Below are positions 8,091 through 11,996 of a DNA stretch of 11,996 nucleotides, piece by piece; within the stretch, counting starts at the first letter, position 1; each line of letters opens with the position of its first letter. The DNA lies in NCBI RefSeq assembly GCF_006345805.1, contig NW_021826778.1:1-11996 (forward strand), read 5' to 3'. Source of the DNA: Octopus sinensis (taxonomy: Eukaryota). The position numbers and the translations under genes were made by a program. The notes beneath the pieces were generated by a model. That model worked only from the letters and a program-made list of their open reading frames with translations. It had not been told where the DNA came from and ran no database searches.

Positions 8091-8150
8091 AATATTCTGG
8101 TCTACAGGAATACTAATATTACTATCATTATTAAACACGTTTGGGCTTGA
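8091..8150 (-). pseudogene. Upstream continuation of the RLE fragment (SSPNVFNNDSNISIPVDQNI)
   Basis: Joins in frame to VKTEDE at 7873 once the SINE and one TSD copy are removed. ISIPVDQNI resembles the I(D)VAIP.D.NI motif of RLE domains. Confidence 0.6.
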
Positions 8151-8342
8151 TATATTATACATACACGCATAGATATACAGATGTAGATATATATAGGGAT
8201 ATATATATAGAGAGAGAAACAATGTTTGCAAATATTCAGAAGTTGAATACTCAAGTATAAGCATATAGTTATTAACATTTTTACAAAATAAATTTACACG
8301 GAGTACAAAAAATAAAGAAAAAACGGGGAGAATATTTAGCAC

Positions 8343-8422
8343 TTAAATCCGACAGCTGTTTCTAGGAACTCGGAATTACGTAACAGTTGCGTTGTTCCTA
8401 ATTAGCAGATAGAGTATTTAAA
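8343..8422 (-). ncRNA. Degenerate type I hammerhead-like motif
   Basis: Minus strand: CTGCTAA-T, then perfect 7-bp stem TAGGAAC/GTTCCTA (8394-8400/8363-8369), GAAAC, palindrome ACAGCTGT (8352-8359), GUC site (cut between 8351 and 8350). The core has two deviations and stem I pairs only with a bulge. Confidence 0.4.
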
Positions 8423-8729
8423 ATGTCAAGGATATGCAACCTGTAGATGGATCCATTTAAACATGACCCTAGTAACGGCATATTTTGTTAGAGCTAAGAG
8501 GGAACTTATACCTACTCACATTTTATACAAATATTATATTATACTTTTACGGGAATAGTGGTAACATTGATTTGTATAAAGTCCAGTAGACAGAAAGTTT
8601 GAAGCCACTCTTTTCTACTCATCTTGTAAAAGTACAAAAAATATGTCGTCAACAAAATATTTAGTAATCATTTAGTTTAATGTAAAACTGGTCTTATCAT
8701 ATAACTCCACACAAAAACAAACAATAATA

Positions 8730-8790
8730 AACATGTATGTATATAATATATAACATACATATATATATATGCATGTATATATACATACTC

Positions 8791-8835
<45 letters not shown>
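8730..8835. repeat. (TA)n/(TATG) tract
   Basis: Directly visible. Confidence 0.9.
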
Positions 8836-8836
<1 letters not shown>

Positions 8837-9032
8837 GGGAAGCTTTATGAAACTAAACAAAAGACGAAGGCAGGTGGAATACAACAACAATTGTATTAGT
8901 ATGGCGCTCAGGAATATAAAATAAACAAGTCTTTTACGTTTCGAGCCTACGCTCTTCAACAGAAAGATACACAGAAAAGAAACACGGACAGAAACAAGGA
9001 GAGAAAAAAAAGGCGTGCAGAAGCTAGCGAAT

Positions 9033-9036
<4 letters not shown>
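8836..9036 (-). mobile_element. Short Penelope-like (pLTR-type) non-autonomous fragment bounded by (TA)n on both sides
   Basis: About 200-bp unique block between TA tracts, carrying a minimal hammerhead motif of the CGAAACGTH type characteristic of Penelope-like elements. No RT or GIY-YIG coding sequence seen. Confidence 0.5.
8930..8967 (-). ncRNA. Minimal type I hammerhead motif, A6U core variant
   Basis: Minus strand TCTTT-CTGTTGA-A-GAG(CGTAGG)CTC-GAAAC-GTA-AAAGA: 5-bp stem I, 3-bp stem II, loopless palindromic ACGT stem III, GUA site (cut between 8935 and 8934). Confidence 0.6.

Positions 9037-9110
<74 letters not shown>
9037..9110. repeat. (TA)n microsatellite
   Basis: Directly visible. 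Confidence 0.97.
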
Positions 9111-9111
<1 letters not shown>

Positions 9112-9239
9112 GTAGGTCCCGGGTTGAGTCGGGTTAACCACAGTAAATAAGGTACTCAATACATAGCAGAGTAAATTAATTTATTTTATAGAAGGAGCTT
9201 CTACAGGACTAGAAACTGTTTCATTCAAATGAAATCATC

Positions 9240-9241
<2 letters not shown>
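9112..9241 (-). mobile_element. Second short (TA)n-bounded block carrying a truncated hammerhead-like core (9200-9241)
   Basis: Minus strand CTGATGA-T-TTC(ATTT)GAA-T-GAAAC-AG-TTT-CT-A-GTC-CTGTAG. The 5' arm of stem I is replaced by the (TA)n tract starting at 9242. Confidence 0.4.
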
Positions 9242-9299
<58 letters not shown>

Positions 9300-9330
9300 G
9301 CATATATATATATATATATATATATATGCA

Positions 9331-9365
<35 letters not shown>

Positions 9366-9371
9366 GTTATG

Positions 9372-9406
<35 letters not shown>

Positions 9407-9416
9407 GGTGTGTGTT
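9242..9416. repeat. Compound (TA)n(TG)n microsatellite
   Basis: Directly visible. Confidence 0.95.
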
Positions 9417-9879
9417 GTATTTACTTATATTTCATTATATTCTTGCTACGAGTGTGTGTTTATCGCAAGAGCATATCTGTGTAATTCAACGCCTCGTATT
9501 CTCCTCCATATCTTGTCTCCTTCCTGCCTAGCCTATATTTTTGATAGCCATACTTTAAAATCAATATCTAAATGCCCGCTACAGTTAAGTGCACTTTCAG
9601 TGAGGATCGGTCAGACGTCGGACTGATATAATTACAATGAGTCACCATGGCAACATCCCTAAACATTGTATCTAAACAAAAATAACAAACAAACAAGCCA
9701 AAATAACAACGACTACACGAACAACGAAAACAATATTCTACTCTAAAAAGCACAAGATACAAACAAATAATGGTGAATTAGGTCTATTATTGTACTGATG
9801 CGATCGTATTTCTATTGGAGACGTGCATACACGCATAAACAGATACTTAAATACGTACGTACACTCACATGCAGACGGT

Positions 9880-10057
9880 GACACACACACATACAGACAC
9901 TCAGTCACACACATGCACACTGATATATATATATATAAATGTGCATATGAGTGAGTGCGTATCTCTCTCTCTCTCTATCTCTATCTATCTATCTATATTT
10001 CTATATTTCTATCTATCAATCTATATGCGTGTGTGTGTATATATATATATATATAGT

Positions 10058-10099
<42 letters not shown>

Positions 10100-10202
10100 T
10101 AGACAGACAGATAGATAGACAGATAGATAGATAGATAGATAGATTAGATAGATAGATGAAATATATATACTTACATATATATATATATATATATAGATGC
10201 AC

Positions 10203-10257
<55 letters not shown>

Positions 10258-10360
10258 TATGTATATACTAGCATATATATGTATATACTAGCATATATAT
10301 ACTTATATATACTTACATCTGTCTCTCTATATATATATGTTATATATATATATAATGTTG

Positions 10361-10401
<41 letters not shown>

Positions 10402-10410
10402 TATATACAT

Positions 10411-10478
<68 letters not shown>

Positions 10479-10575
10479 CACACAGACACACACACACACA
10501 TACATTCATGTTTATGTATGTATGCTTGTGTGTGTGTGCATGTGAGCTTATGCGTGAGTGTGTGAGTGTGTGTAC
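9880..10575. repeat. Large compound microsatellite (CA, TA, CT, TCTA, GA, GACA, GATA, TA, TG)
   Basis: Directly visible; source of poly-IY, RQTD and LSIY ORFs. Confidence 0.95.
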
Positions 10576-10876
10576 ATTTCTGCTTGTATAACCGCGTGTG
10601 TGTTTGCCAAAACCAAAGCAAAGCAACAGTCCAACGCACTCCCTCGCTGTTTACGATAATAATAAGAGTTCTCGTATTACTTTTCTCTCTGTATCAGATA
10701 AAAATTCTTTTTCTTCTCATTGTCCTTTCCTTCTTTCTTTCTCTCCTTCGTCATTTATTTATTTATTTATTTATTTGTTTGCTTGTTTATCTCTGTTTGT
10801 TATCTTCACGGATTAATTAACAATGTGGAACACGCGAACGCAACAGCAAGAAGAAGAACATAACAGGCACAGAGTA

Positions 10877-10990
10877 GCGCGCGCGCGCATGCACGTACGG
10901 ACGCAAGGCCGTATTCGTATCGAATCGAACGTGCATACATGCACGCATACACGCGCGCGCGCGCACACACACACACTGGTGTGCATGCGC
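10877..10990. repeat. Alternating purine-pyrimidine, CpG-rich patch with (GC)6 and (CG)6 runs
   Basis: GCGCGCGCGCGC at 10877-10888, CGCGCGCGCGCGC at 10952-10964, with (CA)n and ATGCACGT/ACGTGCAT between and after. Confidence 0.85.
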
Positions 10991-11063
10991 TGAGACAAAT
11001 TGTACATTCATTCAATGCGGATTTCGGTTTTGGCAAGAATAATATTGACTCTCACGGTGCTCG

Positions 11064-11214
11064 TGATGATGGTGATGATGATGATGATGATGACGATGAT
11101 GATGATGACGATGATGATGATGATGATTAAGAAGTGGAGGAGGAGGAGGATGTATGTGTCGACGATGATGATGATGATGACGACAACGATGATGATGAAG
11201 ATGAAGATGATGAC

Positions 11215-11253
<39 letters not shown>

Positions 11254-11730
11254 AATTAGGAGGAGGAGGACGGTATCGATGATGATGATGATGATGCTGA
11301 TGAAGATGATGATGATGATGATGACGACGACCGCGATGACCATGATGATGGCGGCGGTGACGACAACGACGACGACGATGATGATGATGATATGACGACG
11401 AAAATGATGTTGACGACGCCGACGATGATGATGGAGATGACGTGACGAACGCGACGATAACGACGATAATGATAATGATGATGACGATAACGTCGACGAC
11501 GATGACAATGATGATGATGAGTACGACGACGACGACAACGATGATGATGATGGTGATGATGAAATACAACAAGAATGACAATGAGGATGTCAGCGATGAC
11601 GACAGCACTAATGGTTATAATGATATAGATGCTGCTTCTGATGATGATGTTGATGATGATGAGGATAATGGTGTTGGTGGTTGTGGTGGTGGAAGTTGTG
11701 TTGGTGGTGTTAGTTTGCGTAATGGTGATG
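11064..11730. repeat. Long degenerate (GAT/GAC)n trinucleotide array grading into (GGT/TGT)n
   Basis: Directly visible; source of poly-D/M/H/S ORFs. Confidence 0.95.
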
Positions 11731-11734
11731 AAAA

Positions 11735-11857
11735 TTGCCTCTGTCATAAGCACAAGGCTTAAATTTGCTGGAAATAATATGATTAATCGATTATAATCGA
11801 TTTCAGTAGTTGACTGGTTCTTAATTGTATCGAAAGGGAAAATTAACCCCGGGAGAA
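11735..11857 (-). mobile_element. Degenerate 5'-truncated SINE family B remnant (tail Y)
   Basis: Minus strand CGATACAATTAAGAACCAGTCAACTACTGAAATCGATTATAATCGATT...AAATTTAAGCCTTGTGCTTATGACAGA corresponds to core end plus tail Y. Confidence 0.55.
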
Positions 11858-11923
11858 ATAATTATAATTATAATGTTTTGACGGGGGTTGTATATTCGAT
11901 TATCCATTCATATATAATAGAGA

Positions 11924-11996
11924 GGCGCAGGCGTGGCTGTGTGGTAAGACGCTTGCTTCCCAACCACATGGTTCCGGGTTCAGCCCCACTGCGTGA
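11924..11996 (+). mobile_element. 5' tRNA-like head of a SINE family A copy (continues beyond the window)
   Basis: GGCGCAGGCG, A-box-like TGGCTGTGTGG (11934-11944), B-box-like GGTTCAGCCCC (11977-11987); matches the heads at 542 and 5003. Confidence 0.9.

Noticed and set aside
9440-9660. Unique segment possibly coding on the minus strand
   Set aside because: In-frame stops, no recognisable motif or splice signals.
9993-11762. Long ORFs (poly-IY, poly-M/D, poly-H/S/I) up to 198 aa
   Set aside because: They arise from stop-free frames of di- and trinucleotide microsatellites, are open on both strands, and show no splice or domain evidence.
11924-11996. tRNA gene
   Set aside because: It has A/B boxes but no complete cloverleaf, and matches the SINE heads elsewhere in the window.

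Overview
AT-rich, microsatellite-dense animal (eukaryotic) DNA, most likely from a coleoid cephalopod such as Octopus. That assignment is inferred from the repeat families and simple-repeat density, not from a database search. No complete protein-coding gene is present, and nearly all ORFs in the track are read-throughs of microsatellites or SINEs. The window contains: (i) five copies of a tRNA-headed SINE family (family A) with a CORE-like segment and an internal (CA)/(TA) tract; (ii) a second tRNA-headed SINE family (family B) as head-to-tail multimers at 1457-2266 (-) and 6917-7570 (+), plus single copies; (iii) a decayed C-terminal restriction-like-endonuclease (RLE) non-LTR retrotransposon fragment split by a family-B SINE with an 11-bp target-site duplication; (iv) two weak candidate exons at 3592-3691 and 4080-4228/4337; and (v) five type I hammerhead-ribozyme-like motifs with Penelope-like architecture in short unique segments next to (TA)n/(TG)n tracts. 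The motif at 6208-6296 (+) has a canonical catalytic core. Three of the others carry a pyrimidine at the normally invariant A6 position. All folds were read by eye and need computational and biochemical confirmation.
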